From Amphiscolops sp. MND2022 (Eukaryota), in the NCBI GenBank assembly GCA_964187785.1, contig OZ076409.1, forward strand, positions 8,744,001-8,808,000: DNA of 64,000 bases, in the 5' to 3' direction. The number at the start of each line of letters is the position of its first letter. The first letter of the stretch is position 1. Shown piece by piece: positions 10,419-21,946 of this stretch. The notes under the pieces were generated by a model. The model worked only from the letters and a program-made list of their open reading frames with translations. It made no database searches and was not told where the DNA came from. Position numbers and translations under genes: made by a program.

Positions 10419-13400
10419 TCAACCTTTGCAATGGTTGTCAAACTCGATGACAATGTCCTCAAATGGTTTTTGCAGCTTCTCTCTCAGAGTCCTCAAAGCA
10501 AGTTGGATCTCAACTGGATATAATTTCTCGTCGCATCTGTTGAATATTCTCTCTAATTTGTGATGCTTTGGGTGGCTGCCTCGAAAGCTCATTCGTTTTA
10601 AGCAAGTTGTACATTGGAAGCATCTTTTTGTTTTCATTGTCGAATGACAACTCAATATGAATGATTTCACTTTAGGGTCCTCGTTCAGTTTGTGTGCGTT
10701 CGAAAGGTGGTCTCTCATTTTTTTCACTTTCTTTTTACAAATTAAACATTCTTCAACTTCTGGTCTTTTAACTTTTTTAGAAGTCTTCCTTTCAATTGGC
10801 AATGCACTGTCAGTTTCATTACTTTCTGTTTCACTATCAGCTGTTGAATTTGATTCTGTAGAATTGGTATCCGAATAAACTTCTCTGAACGAGATGCTGG
10901 ATGTATTGCCATCTTCAGAAGCAAAGTCTCTTTGTAATATGTTTTCTGGTTCCGATTCTCTAGTGTAATTGAGTTCTGGGTTTTCTTCTTCAGAAATTCC
11001 AGTTGAAGTGCGGTCTGTGATCCTTTCTTCGGGTTCTATGGGGACAGAGATTCTTTCTTCAGACTCGAAGGTTGAAGCGTGGCCCTGTACTTTCTCAGTT
11101 TCGAGATTTGCAGTATGGACAGAGTCCACTAGCTCCTGTTCTATTTCTCTCATGTTCTCCATCACAGGGTGACAACTTGGCGTGGATGAAGTCTTGCTTT
11201 GTTGATGTGCAGAAATGGGGACAGAGATTCTTTCTTCAGACTCGAAGGTTGAAGCGTGGCCCTGTACTCTTTCAGTTTCGAGATTTGCAGTATGGACAGA
11301 GTCCACTAGCTCCTGTTCTATTTCTCTCATGTTCTCCATCACAGGGTGACAACTTGGCGTGGATGAAGTCTTGCTTTGTTGATGTGCAGAAATGGGGACA
11401 GAGATTCTTTCTTCAGACTCGAAGGTTGAAGCGTGGCCCTGTACTCTTTCAGTTTCGAGATTTGCAGTATGGACAGAGTCCACTAGCTCCTGTTCTATTT
11501 CTCTCATGTTCTCCATCACAGGGTGACAACTTGGCGTGGATGAAGTCTTGCTTTGTTGATGTGCAGAAATGGGGACAGAGATTCTTTCTTCAGACTCGAA
11601 GGTTGAAGCGTGGCCCTGTACTCTTTCAGTTTCGAGATTTGCAGTATGGACAGAGTCCACTAGCTCCTGTTCTATTTCTCTCATGTTCTCCATCACAGGG
11701 TGACAACTTGGCGTGGATGAAGTCTTGCTTTGTTGATGTGCAGAAATGGGGACAGAGATTCTTTCTTCAGACTCGAAGGTTGAAGCGTGGCCCTGTACTC
11801 TTTCAGTTTCGAGATTTGCAGTATGGACAGAGTCCACTAGCTCCTGTTCTATTTCTCTCATGTTCTCCATCACAGGGTGACAACTTGGCGTGGATGAAGT
11901 CTTGCTTTGTTGATGTGCAGAAATGGGGACAGAGATTCTTTCTTCAGACTCGAAGGTTGAAGCGTGGCCCTGTACTCTTTCAGTTTCGAGATTTGCAGTA
12001 TGGACAGAGTCCACTAGCTCCTGTTCTATTTCTCTCATGTTCTCCATCACAGGGTGACAACTTGGCGTGGATGAAGTCTTGCTTTGTTGATGTGCAGAAA
12101 TGGGGACAGAGATTCTTTCTTCAGACTCGAAGGTTGAAGCGTGGCCCTGTACTCTTTCAGTTTCGAGATTTGCAGTATGGACAGAGTCCACTAGCTCCTG
12201 TTCTATTTCTCTCATGTTCTCCATCACAGGGTGACAACTTGGCGTGGATGAAGTCTTGCTTTGTTGATGTGCAGAAATGGGGACAGAGATTCTTTCTTCA
12301 GACTCGAAGGTTGAAGCGTGGCCCTGTACTCTTTCAGTTTCGAGATTTGCAGTATGGACAGAGTCCACTAGCTCCTGTTCTATTTCTCTCATGTTCTCCA
12401 TCACAGGGTGACAACTTGGCGTGGATGAAGTCTTGCTTTGTTGATGTGCAGAAATGGGGACAGAGATTCTTTCTTCAGACTCGAAGGTTGAAGCGTGGCC
12501 CTGTACTCTTTCAGTTTCGAGATTTGCAGTATGGACAGAGTCCACTAGCTCCTGTTCTATTTCTCTCATGTTCTCCATCACAGGGTGACAACTTGGCGTG
12601 GATGAAGTCTTGCTTTGTTGATGTGCAGAAATGGGGACAGAGATTCCTTCTTCAGACTCGAAGGTTGAAGCGTGGCCCTGTACTCTTTCAGTTTCGAGAT
12701 TTGCAGTATGGACAGAGTCCACTAGCTCCTGTTCTATTTCTCTCATGTTCTCCATCACAGGGTGACAACTTGGCGTGGATGAAGTCTTGCTTTGTTGATG
12801 TGCAGAAATGGGGACAGAGATTCTTTCTTCAGACTCGAAGGTTGAAGCGTGGCCCTGTACTCTTTCAGTTTCGAGATTTGCAGTATGGACAGAGTCCACT
12901 AGCTCCTGTTCTATTTCTCTCATGTTCTCCATCACAGGGTGACAACTTGGCGTGGATGAAGTCTTGTCTTGTTGAAGTGCAGAAGACTGCGCTTCGAAGG
13001 AAAAGGGTTCTGCGCTTTCTTGCTTCTCCTCTCTTGAAAAAATCGATTGAATGTCATCTATGTCCATCTGAGATCCGTGAACAGTCACTGTCTCAACATC
13101 ACTCACTGTGCAATTTTCGTTTGCCCCAACGTCCAGATCAGTTTCATCGAAAATTTCTGGAATATGAATGGCTGAGTTGTGCGTTTCGATCTTCTGTTTT
13201 CTGTTTCGTTTATAGACAAATTTTGTGAAGAAGTTTTTTTTTCTCCAAGGAGCGTAAGAAGTTTTATAGTCGTACCTCAACTCGGTATTTGGCAAAATGG
13301 TCTTGGTAGCAAAGAAACACACCATTACTTCTTTCTTTTCGTTAAACCTTTTCTCCGGATGGCAATTTTGAACAGAATAGGGGTCGATATCGTTGATAAA

Positions 13401-13688
13401 TCTGGCCTTGCAGTCAAATCTTTCAGTGGCATCAATGAGAACATTTTCCGGCTTACCGACGTCAAAGACATAAACACTGTCACTCTCAACGGAATTTCTA
13501 ACATCGCCTCGATAAGATAGAAGATAATCTCCCTTTTGAAAAGCTCGCCCCGTGAAAAGGCCTGTTCCTGCGTATTCGGTTTCAGAAATATAAAAATCGT
13601 CCGGATCTTTATCTTGATAATTGCACGGATTCTGCCGCTCGGCATCCTTGATTGCTGTTGTAACAATTCTTCGGGTCCTCGTTCCCAT
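10419..13688 (-). CDS. N-terminal segment of the SET-YR protein: KMT5A/PR-Set7-like SET domain, 59-aa repeats, Cys/His finger motifs
   Basis: SET motifs GTGLF, LLSYRG, YVFD, IDAT, ARFINDI, NC, ELRYDY, then PW. C2H2-like CLICKKKVKKMRDHLSNAH and CTTC...H..H near the C-terminus. Confidence 0.85.
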   Translation of the reverse strand: MGTRTRRIVTTAIKDAERQNPCNYQDKDPDDFYISETEYAGTGLFTGRAFQKGDYLLSYRGDVRNSVESDSVYVFDVGKPENVLIDATERFDCKARFINDIDPYSVQNCHPEKRFNEKKEVMVCFFATKTILPNTELRYDYKTSYAPWRKKNFFTKFVYKRNRKQKIETHNSAIHIPEIFDETDLDVGANENCTVSDVETVTVHGSQMDIDDIQSIFSREEKQESAEPFSFEAQSSALQQDKTSSTPSCHPVMENMREIEQELVDSVHTANLETERVQGHASTFESEERISVPISAHQQSKTSSTPSCHPVMENMREIEQELVDSVHTANLETERVQGHASTFESEEGISVPISAHQQSKTSSTPSCHPVMENMREIEQELVDSVHTANLETERVQGHASTFESEERISVPISAHQQSKTSSTPSCHPVMENMREIEQELVDSVHTANLETERVQGHASTFESEERISVPISAHQQSKTSSTPSCHPVMENMREIEQELVDSVHTANLETERVQGHASTFESEERISVPISAHQQSKTSSTPSCHPVMENMREIEQELVDSVHTANLETERVQGHASTFESEERISVPISAHQQSKTSSTPSCHPVMENMREIEQELVDSVHTANLETERVQGHASTFESEERISVPISAHQQSKTSSTPSCHPVMENMREIEQELVDSVHTANLETERVQGHASTFESEERISVPISAHQQSKTSSTPSCHPVMENMREIEQELVDSVHTANLETERVQGHASTFESEERISVPISAHQQSKTSSTPSCHPVMENMREIEQELVDSVHTANLETERVQGHASTFESEERISVPISAHQQSKTSSTPSCHPVMENMREIEQELVDSVHTANLETEKVQGHASTFESEERISVPIEPEERITDRTSTGISEEENPELNYTRESEPENILQRDFASEDGNTSSISFREVYSDTNSTESNSTADSETESNETDSALPIERKTSKKVKRPEVEECLICKKKVKKMRDHLSNAHKLNEDPKVKSFILSCHSTMKTKRCFQCTTCLKRMSFRGSHPKHHKLERIFNRCDEKLYPVEIQLALRTLREKLQKPFEDIVIEFDNHCKG
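11037..12966 (-). repeat. 177-bp coding tandem repeat, ~11 near-identical copies (59 aa)
   Basis: GTGGATGAAGTCTTG recurs every 177 bp from ~11182 to ~12952. Only two variant bases noticed. Confidence 0.97.
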
Positions 13689-13767
13689 GACGCTTTCACA
13701 ATGAGTGACAACACGGGGTCACTGGCGGATGGTGCACACAAGTGAAACAACTAATGAAAGGACTAGG

Positions 13768-14210
13768 TTGACAGGTAACACAGACAGCGAACTTTGAGAA
13801 ACAGAGAACAGAATGTTTTTTTGAAGTTAAAATTCAGAGAAGAACTGAGCTGGAATAACAAAAGAACACACTAAAAAGTTCCAGAATAAACTGAGATAAC
13901 AGTTTGATCAATTGACAAATGTTTGACAGGTAACACAGACAGCTAACTTTAAGTGACAAGAATAGAATGTTGAAGTTAAGATTCAGAGAAGAACTTGGCT
14001 GGAATACCAATAGACCACACCAAAAAGTTCAAGAAGATACTGATAAAACTGTTTGATCAATTGAAAACTGTTTGAAAGGTAACACAGACAGCTAACGTAA
14101 AGTGACTAAGAATAGAATGTTGAAGTTAAGATTCAGAGAAGAACTTGGCTGGATTACCAATAGAACACACTGATACGTGTCAGAATATACTGAGGAAACA
14201 GTTTGATCAC
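13768..14210. repeat. ~150-155-bp tandem repeat, 3 diverged copies, upstream of the SET-YR ORF
   Basis: GGTAACACAGACAGC and ATTCAGAGAAGAACT each recur three times. Confidence 0.8.
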
Positions 14211-14784
14211 TTGTCTGACATGTAATCAATCTTTCTTTCAAAGAGCATCAAATCTGAAATTATTAAACTCGTATGTTATTTCAAGGACATCGAACATCTT
14301 GGAAATTAAATAGATGAAGTTTTACAGATCTAAATGAAGTGAAAATGAAATATGACACGGAATTCCCAAGGTTTTGGGTAAATTTTTGTACACATTTCAG
14401 AGCATTGATTTGACTAGGAGCAGGTGTCCAAAGGCTGGGTTGTCTAAGACTTTAATTATTGCTAGGCATGGGATTGAACATGCTTTGTTCGATAAAATAC
14501 ATTATTGGTGTTATAAGTTTCAAAAAATAATCAAATGTTCTACAGACAGCCGGGAATGGAGTACGGTGTGAAGAATTCAAAAACGTGTACACTATTGTAC
14601 GCTTTCTGATCGACTGCTCAAATATTGAAATCTGGTTTTCCATATGTGAAACCTCAAGATCTCTCCAAAATTAGAAACCCAGAGGCTCCGCTTGCTTTTC
14701 TTTGATTCAGCCGAGACCTGTTTCATTTTCTGACTGTCCTTAGTCAGCAGGAATAACAATCAACGTTTGAGGATTTCCCAGAAT

Positions 14785-15070
14785 GATCACATACCAAATA
14801 ACATAAATGCAAATAACATAAAAACAGAATTAGTGTCAAATAACATAAAAATGAAATTTTTTTCAATAACATATTTTCGAACTCAGAAATTTTTATCTGT
14901 AATTTCCACACTTTTTTCAGTGAATCTTTTGTATTGTGAATGCTTTTGACCACTAAAATTTTCTCGTAAACAATTTTACTTTTATGTTGAATAAAACCCA
15001 TTTCATTTTTATGTTATTTGAAACTAATTTTGTTTTTGTTATTTGCTCTTATGTTATTTGGGAATTCACC
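14785..15070. mobile_element. MITE with 8-bp TSD (same family as 24892-25608)
   Basis: Subterminal inverted CAAATAACATAA/TTATGTTATTTG arrays. Starts GAT, ends CACC. TSD CCCAGAAT at 14777-14784 and 15071-15078. Confidence 0.8.
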
Positions 15071-15436
15071 CCCAGAATTCCGCGTGAACAACGACACACT
15101 GCGTTGCTATTAAATTGAATGCTATATCAGATGTAGTAACTCTAAAATGGCCCTGAACGAAATTTTGACTGGCGGTATTCAAACCGCCAGCACTGAGAAA
15201 ACGAGGGGAGCGCCAGTAGTAGTCAAAAAAAACTTTTTCTCTGAAAATTGCTCGAATTGGTCCATTTGAGTGATAAACACGAAGAATAACCTTGAGAGTT
15301 CGATGTAAATACAAAACGAGTTGAATTCAGCAAGTCACCGAATTGACTGGCGCTTTTCAGTCCGAGGACCCAAAAAAATGGCGTTTTTCAACAACTGGCG
15401 CTCCTGATAAGGGCTGAATACCGCCAGTCAGGATTA

Positions 15437-16155
<719 letters not shown>

Positions 16156-16229
16156 GAAGACTTAATTCCCTTTTTTATATAAAGGAACATTCGAGCAGTT
16201 GTAATGTAGGCTTTTACAAACTGAGTTGA

Positions 16230-19102
16230 TCAAATCTAAGAGCGGCAGATGCTACAGAGTCATTTTATAAATCAGGAGCAGCTTCGATCTAAATTGAACA
16301 TTGGGACTTGATTGCGCAGGTATGCCATGAGTTCATGTATAAATTTTTCAGTTGGGTCAAAAATGTCAATCTCTTTTGTGGCGAGGAAGTTGGAGTAGTC
16401 ACAAACTCTTTGGAAGAAGGAGTCTCTCGTGGAGAATTTGCGACATCTTTTGACTGGCAGGAGTTGTTGGTATTTGGAACTTCTGAGATCCTTGCATCGT
16501 TTGCAGAAACAAATGAAGGTGCTGAGATTTAGGTCGTATTTGTTATTAATGGCCTTGTTGAGGAAGACCATGTCATTTAGGACCAAATAGAATGATAGGG
16601 GTAAAGTATTTGACGCTGCCAGCTGCTGTGAATAATTTTGTAAACCAGTTACCCAAAAAATACATTCTTTATTGAATAGTTCCAACTTCCGTCGGTAATT
16701 AATAGAGGGGTACCATATTTGGGATCCGTATAGTATAATACTCTGAACACACAACCTGTAGTACATAAGCTTCGTGGAAGAACTAACACTATGAGGAATT
16801 GAGCGCTTCAAGAAATGATAAGCTTTTCTAGCAGCCACCAATTTCTTTTGAATATGGTTGTCCCATGTAATATTGTTGGAAATGGTCATTCCAAGGTCTT
16901 TAATTGAGTCAACGGTGGGGACAATATTACTGTTCAGAAACAGAGGATCCGACGACGCTAATTTTTCCTCGAAAGTGATTGACTTGCACTTGTCAATGTT
17001 ATATTCCATTTTGTTCCTGTAAGCCCATTCAGTAAAGTGATCAATATCCTTTTGTAAATCAGGTTTGGTCAGGAGAGACAGTAATTTACTATCATCTGCA
17101 AACAAATAGCATGAGGAATTAACAATTTTGTCAGGAAGATCATTCATAAAAATAATGAAGAAAAGAGGTCCGAGGACACTGCCTTAAGGTACACCGCTAT
17201 TAATATCCACCATCTGGGAGAGGGAGCCATTTATTGATACTCGTTGTGACCTTGAGTATAAGTAAGACTTGAAAAAGATCAAAAAATCTTCATCAAAGCT
17301 AAAATTTGCCAGTTTTTTTAGAAGAATATGATGTGGAACTAAATCGAAAGCCTTCCGAAAGTCGAAGTAGATAGCATAACTAGAAGCGTTAATATCTTTT
17401 TGGTTATACAAATCGTCTAGATAGGGTAAGAGCTGGGTAATAGGAGAGCGCTTCTTTGTGAAACCATGTTGTTCATCACAGATTGATAATCGCACTTGCG
17501 GGTATATATGTTGGAAGAGCAATTTTTCAAGAATAAGTGAGAGCTGTGGTAAAATGCTGATGGGCCGATAATTTTCCACACTTTCGGGGTTTCCAGACTT
17601 ATATATCGGTGTTATATATGAGCATTTCCATTCACTTGGCCATCTTCTTGCCTTTATTACTACAGTAAAAAGTTGAGTGGCCAGCGGAGCCAGAATATCT
17701 GGGCATGAGTTCAGCAAAAAAGTAGGAATAGGGTCTGAGCTCAAGGAACAAGTTTTAGCTTTCGAGAGTAAATCTGTGACTACAGAGGGATTGATGGTAA
17801 AATCTTCCGAACGGATTGTAGGTAGTTCAGGTGGTTGCAAAGGTATTTCTAAACTTTTCTGGAAGACAGAGCTGAAATAACTATTGAACAGATTAGCAAT
17901 TTCGTTACTGGTGTTTGCTTTCAGTGTGTTCCAGTTCATTTGATTTGGCAAGCGATTCGAAGAGAAAGAGCGTTAAAACTTGAAGCAAGAACGAGTGGAG
18001 ACAGGAGATAGATTTTCAAGGAGGACTGTTTTGTCTAATTCAACTGACAAACTAATCTCTTGTTTTAACCTTTCAATGGTACCATTTCTGTAGTTACATT
18101 TTTTAGCTGTACGAAGTTTGTTGATCAGGTGAATTGAGTGGGAGGAATAGAAATACGGATACTGTGATCGGCGAGAGTTTTGATTTTGCAAGACATATTT
18201 AGAGCGTACAACACTGTTTGTTGCCACAATGAGAAATATTCTTCCATAGAAACATCACTGAAGATGCAATTTGGTAGTGCCAGTAGTGTGTCGAAACCAT
18301 TGGATAAATGAGAGTTGAACAGAGTACTAGAAAAAGACGACAAAGAATACAAAATTGATGTATTAGTAGCTGGCTCTCAATAGGAGATAGGAAGGTTTGG
18401 CAAAGCAAAAACAGGGTAATGATCAGAGTAGAGATGGGAGTCAACATAAACATTGAATAGCTCGGAATGTGAGGTTAGAATTATATCCAGAGTGCTACCA
18501 GACTTATGAGTAGGCTCAAAAACTAAAGGATTGAGATTCATCGCTTGAGATTGAACTAAGAAGCTTTTGGAATAGTCGCTCTGACCAGTTACAGTTGCCC
18601 AGCAAACATCATTCAGATTGAGGTCTCCTAAAATGGAGAAAGAGCTGAGATAATTGATTTCAAACTTAGCATAACACGAGGAGATCCAATCAGTCAAAAT
18701 GTTCGCTTCGATTCGATATGGAGATGTCGATGGTGGATTGTAATATAAAAGGAACAAGTGAGAGCCCTGGATGGTCGTAATGGAAATAGTGACGGCAAAA
18801 TCATTGATTTGGCCAATTTTCATATTGCGTCCAATTTTCTGAGTTAGGTCAGAGTAGTTGAAACAGAAATCCTTTTTGGCAGCAACGAGGACACCGCCGT
18901 GTTCGCCACCAGAGCGATCTTGTCTGCCAATGATTGAGTAGTTACATTTCAAGGGGCAGACTTCAGAGTCTTCGATTTCTGGGTATAACCAAGTTTCAGT
19001 GACAAAAACCGAATCAGGTGAGTGCAAACTTGAGAAGTTGAGTAGTTTCAATCGTTGCTGGAGACTGATAACACTTTGTGCATTCAAGAGGCAAATTTTC
19101 AT
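16230..19102 (-). pseudogene. LINE ORF2 (apurinic endonuclease plus reverse transcriptase), disrupted
   Basis: APE motifs LLNAQS, VTETWL, HGGV, ILGDLN, TLDII, SDH. RT motifs NYRPISIL, QHGF, YFDFRKAFD, SGVP*GS, LFADD. Several stops and frameshifts. Confidence 0.92.
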
Positions 19103-19108
19103 CTGCGG

Positions 19109-20447
19109 TCACTTTTGGAAGGTAACTTCAGTTCCGTTTCTGAAGAGCTTAAGACCTTTCACTTTGATTTCATCTCGTGGTACTCCGTCACTGTTGATCA
19201 TTTCATACCGTTTCTGCAAAAGCTTCCGTTTGGTTGCCTGATCTTCTTTATTCAGAGATTGTGATATGAATATTCGTTCATGATAATTTTTCAGCCTGTA
19301 GGATTTTGAAAGACATTTCCTGGCATCCCATTCTGTGGCAAAACGAATGAGGAGCGGCCTTGGTCTTGACATTGCAGCTTTGGGTTGACCTAACCTGCGG
19401 GTAGATTCTATTTTGAGAGTTTTTTCATCCATATGGTTGAATACTTCCTGTAGTTTGGAGTTGTCAGCTTCGAAAGACAACTTAAAAGATCCTTTATCCT
19501 CAACAAGACCATTTATGATTATCTCACGAGATAGACTCTCTTCATTTACATGTTTTTGACAGGTTCAGGGGTTGGTCTGAGGGCAGGTTGGATTTCAGTT
19601 AAGGAATTTTGAATTGATTTCATACTACTTTTCATATTTTTGGCATCAATAATATGATTGTACTTAGCTTCAGATCTGAAAATGTCATCATTGAGGCAGG
19701 AATCGCAGAGCCAGAGACATCTTTTGATTCGTCCCTCAACTTGACATCCTCCTCAGACAGGCTTGCACAAGCTCCATGGTACCAAAGAGGGTAAATGGTC
19801 ACTTGGCTTAATGCCATTTGGCTTAAAGTCATTTGGCTTAATACAATTGGTCACTTGGCTTAATTTTTTTAAGCTAAGTGTCTCGGGTATTGGTCACTTG
19901 GCTTAAAAAATTTTGACTCAAAACCACTTAGTTGAAAACATTGGCAGATTTTGTCGAATTTATCTTTATAACGTAGTCAGCGTATCATTATAACATGTCA
20001 TATCAAGTACCTCTCCAATATGTCCCCATTTCCTCTAGTGCCCTGCGGCCCCTTGGGGCCGCTTATATTCCCATCTTGCTAAGCGAGGTCGAACAGGAGC
20101 AAAGACCTAGCGGGAACGGAGATCTCGAAGCGATCGTAGTGGGAGCTTGTCTTTGCGACGGTGAGGGCGAGCGTGCATACACCGCATATGCCCCACAATA
20201 TGACATTTCGGGGATTTGATATATTTATTCCTTGAGTTGGAATGGAGTTGGCTTTATTTTGTGGTCACTTGGCTTAAAATTTTTAAGCCAAATGACTCGA
20301 CGAAAAAATTAAGCCAAATGGTATTAAGCCAAGTGACTGGTAACCCCAAAGAGAGCAGTTGTCACATGCGATGCCAGATTTGTCCCCATCTTTGACAATC
20401 CTCTTGCAACTGCCACACTTGGATGAAGAAGTAGAGGCTTTAGTCAT
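19109..20447 (-). pseudogene. LINE ORF1 (PHD finger plus RRM-like region), disrupted by a MITE
   Basis: Across the MITE it reads CGSC...IACDNCSLWYHGAC...WLCDSC (C4HC3 PHD, one frameshift). C-terminal RRLG...RPRPLLIRF...IFISQSL. Confidence 0.8.
19790..20345. mobile_element. MITE with TIRs and 8-bp TSD inside LINE ORF1; contains a nested ~250-bp insert
   Basis: TIR core GTCACTTGGCTTAAT / ATTAAGCCAAGTGAC with GG...CC ends. TSD CCAAAGAG at 19782-19789 and 20346-20353. Confidence 0.85.
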
Positions 20448-20524
20448 CACAACCGGAAACTATTTAATAAGTTTATCACAACAATTAGGCTGTATGTAAT
20501 TTTAGTATGCAATTTTAGTATGTA

Positions 20525-20655
20525 ATTTTTTCGAAAAAATTTTTTTCGAATAGTTTTTGATTTTCGAGTACTGTAAAAGAGAATACTTGACACTTGGAAG
20601 TCTTTTTGCTATTTTGATATTTTGGCGGTTTGTTAGACGTTCCCGTTTTGTGTTT
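20525..20655 (+). mobile_element. HINE/DINE-1-like repeat, 3' part (continuation of 6067-6582)
   Basis: GTACTGTAAAAGAGAATACTTGAC...TGGCG...GTTCCCG matches the 3' part of the copy at 21374-21946. Confidence 0.65.
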
Positions 20656-21373
20656 CCCCAGACCACAGAGCTTAACGATCCTGTTTTTAAACACTGGTTG
20701 TTCACATCACATTGTGGGTCATTTGTTGACACTGGGCGACTTGTTTCGAAAATTTTAAAATTTTACCTGAAAACCTCTTCTGGTTTTCTATATTTCCGGT
20801 CAAAAAAAATTTTAAACCCAAAAAAGTGTTTTTCCGAGAATAGATGAGGTAGAATTTTCACCAAAACAATCTTTTAGTACATTTGACATATTTTGCACTT
20901 TTGATGCCTCGAGCGAAGTGCCAATTTTAGGCGTTCTCTTCTTGTATTTTTTGACCAATAAAATTCGTTTGTCCCAACGGTGTGTTGAACAGTGTTGAAA
21001 AATGTTGCAGTTCGTTCAAGTTTTTCAGCGACAAATTTAAGTGAAAATCTTAGAAAAAATTAAAAACTCAATCTTGCAAAAACATTTTTTTGTTGTTTGT
21101 TCTCATAATTTTTGTCTTCCTCTCAGAAAAGTTTATGCTTGCTAGTTCAGATTGATACTTTCAAGCATTTTGCTCTACATTTGCAACCCTTCTTTTGTTG
21201 TGGTTAATTCCTAAAAGACACCCGCCAATTAAAAAGTTTGCAGTATTCGGCTCCTTAGTTCAGTACACAGGCATTTGATTGAATTTTTTCGATGTCTAAG
21301 AAGTTTTTAAAAATACTTTTCGACTTTTCGTTTAAAAAACATTCAATTTTTTCAGAAATTTGAGTTTTGTGAT

Positions 21374-21946
21374 TTTTAGTCGGCGGTTCACGAAGTGAAA
21401 CGCGACTATTATAGTGACTGTTTTTTCAATCAACACGAACTGACCAAAATAGTTCTTAAAAGTTCTACGAAACTTTAAGGTGTCAAATTGGACCATTTGG
21501 CCAAAGGAAATTAACTAAAAGAATTGTTCCTTTTTTCAGCGCAACATACAATACCGGGCGAGACTAAGGGGTCCCCTTTCAGTTTTTTTCGGCATTGTGA
21601 GACTTTTTTCTTTTTTTTTCATCTTCATCAAAGGGTCCCCTTTATTTTTTTGATGATTTGCGACACAATGGACGTTGAAAAATCCCAAAGAGCCTTCTTT
21701 CTGTTTTTTTTCGGCATGGTGAGACTTTTCTCGAAAAAGTTTTAACTTCAAATAATCCTTTCACTTTTTTTGATGTTTTTTGGCATAAATGCTGAAAAAT
21801 CTGAAAGGATCCCCTTTTAGCGCGCCAATTCGGTTCAACTTTTGGGTTTTTTGGGTACTGTAAAAGAGAATACTTGACGCTTTCAAGTCCTTTCGCTTTT
21901 TTGAGCCTTAGATATGGCGCCGACTTGGGCCGTTCCCGGCTTGTTT
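21374..21946 (+). mobile_element. HINE/DINE-1-like non-autonomous element, intact copy
   Basis: 5' TTTTAGTCGGCG, inverted partner CGCCGACT near the 3' end, 3' hairpin GCCG-TTCC-CGGC, T-rich flanks, no TSD. Confidence 0.7.

Larger units (their letters stand above)
16156..20524 (-). mobile_element. Near-full-length degenerate LINE (CR1/L2-group architecture: PHD-finger ORF1, APE-RT ORF2, microsatellite tail)
   Basis: ORF1 and ORF2 remnants in the expected order. 3' end runs into (TAG)n. Possible low-complexity TSD ATTTTTT at ~6576 and 20525 within the host HINE. Confidence 0.9.

Noticed and set aside
11072..13228. 718-aa plus-strand ORF
   Set aside because: Antisense shadow of the 177-bp repeat. 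One stop-free unit is multiplied, with no domain signal.
14370..14780. Second gene in the 5' part of the YR element
   Set aside because: Only short broken frames with no recognisable domain; needs a family consensus.
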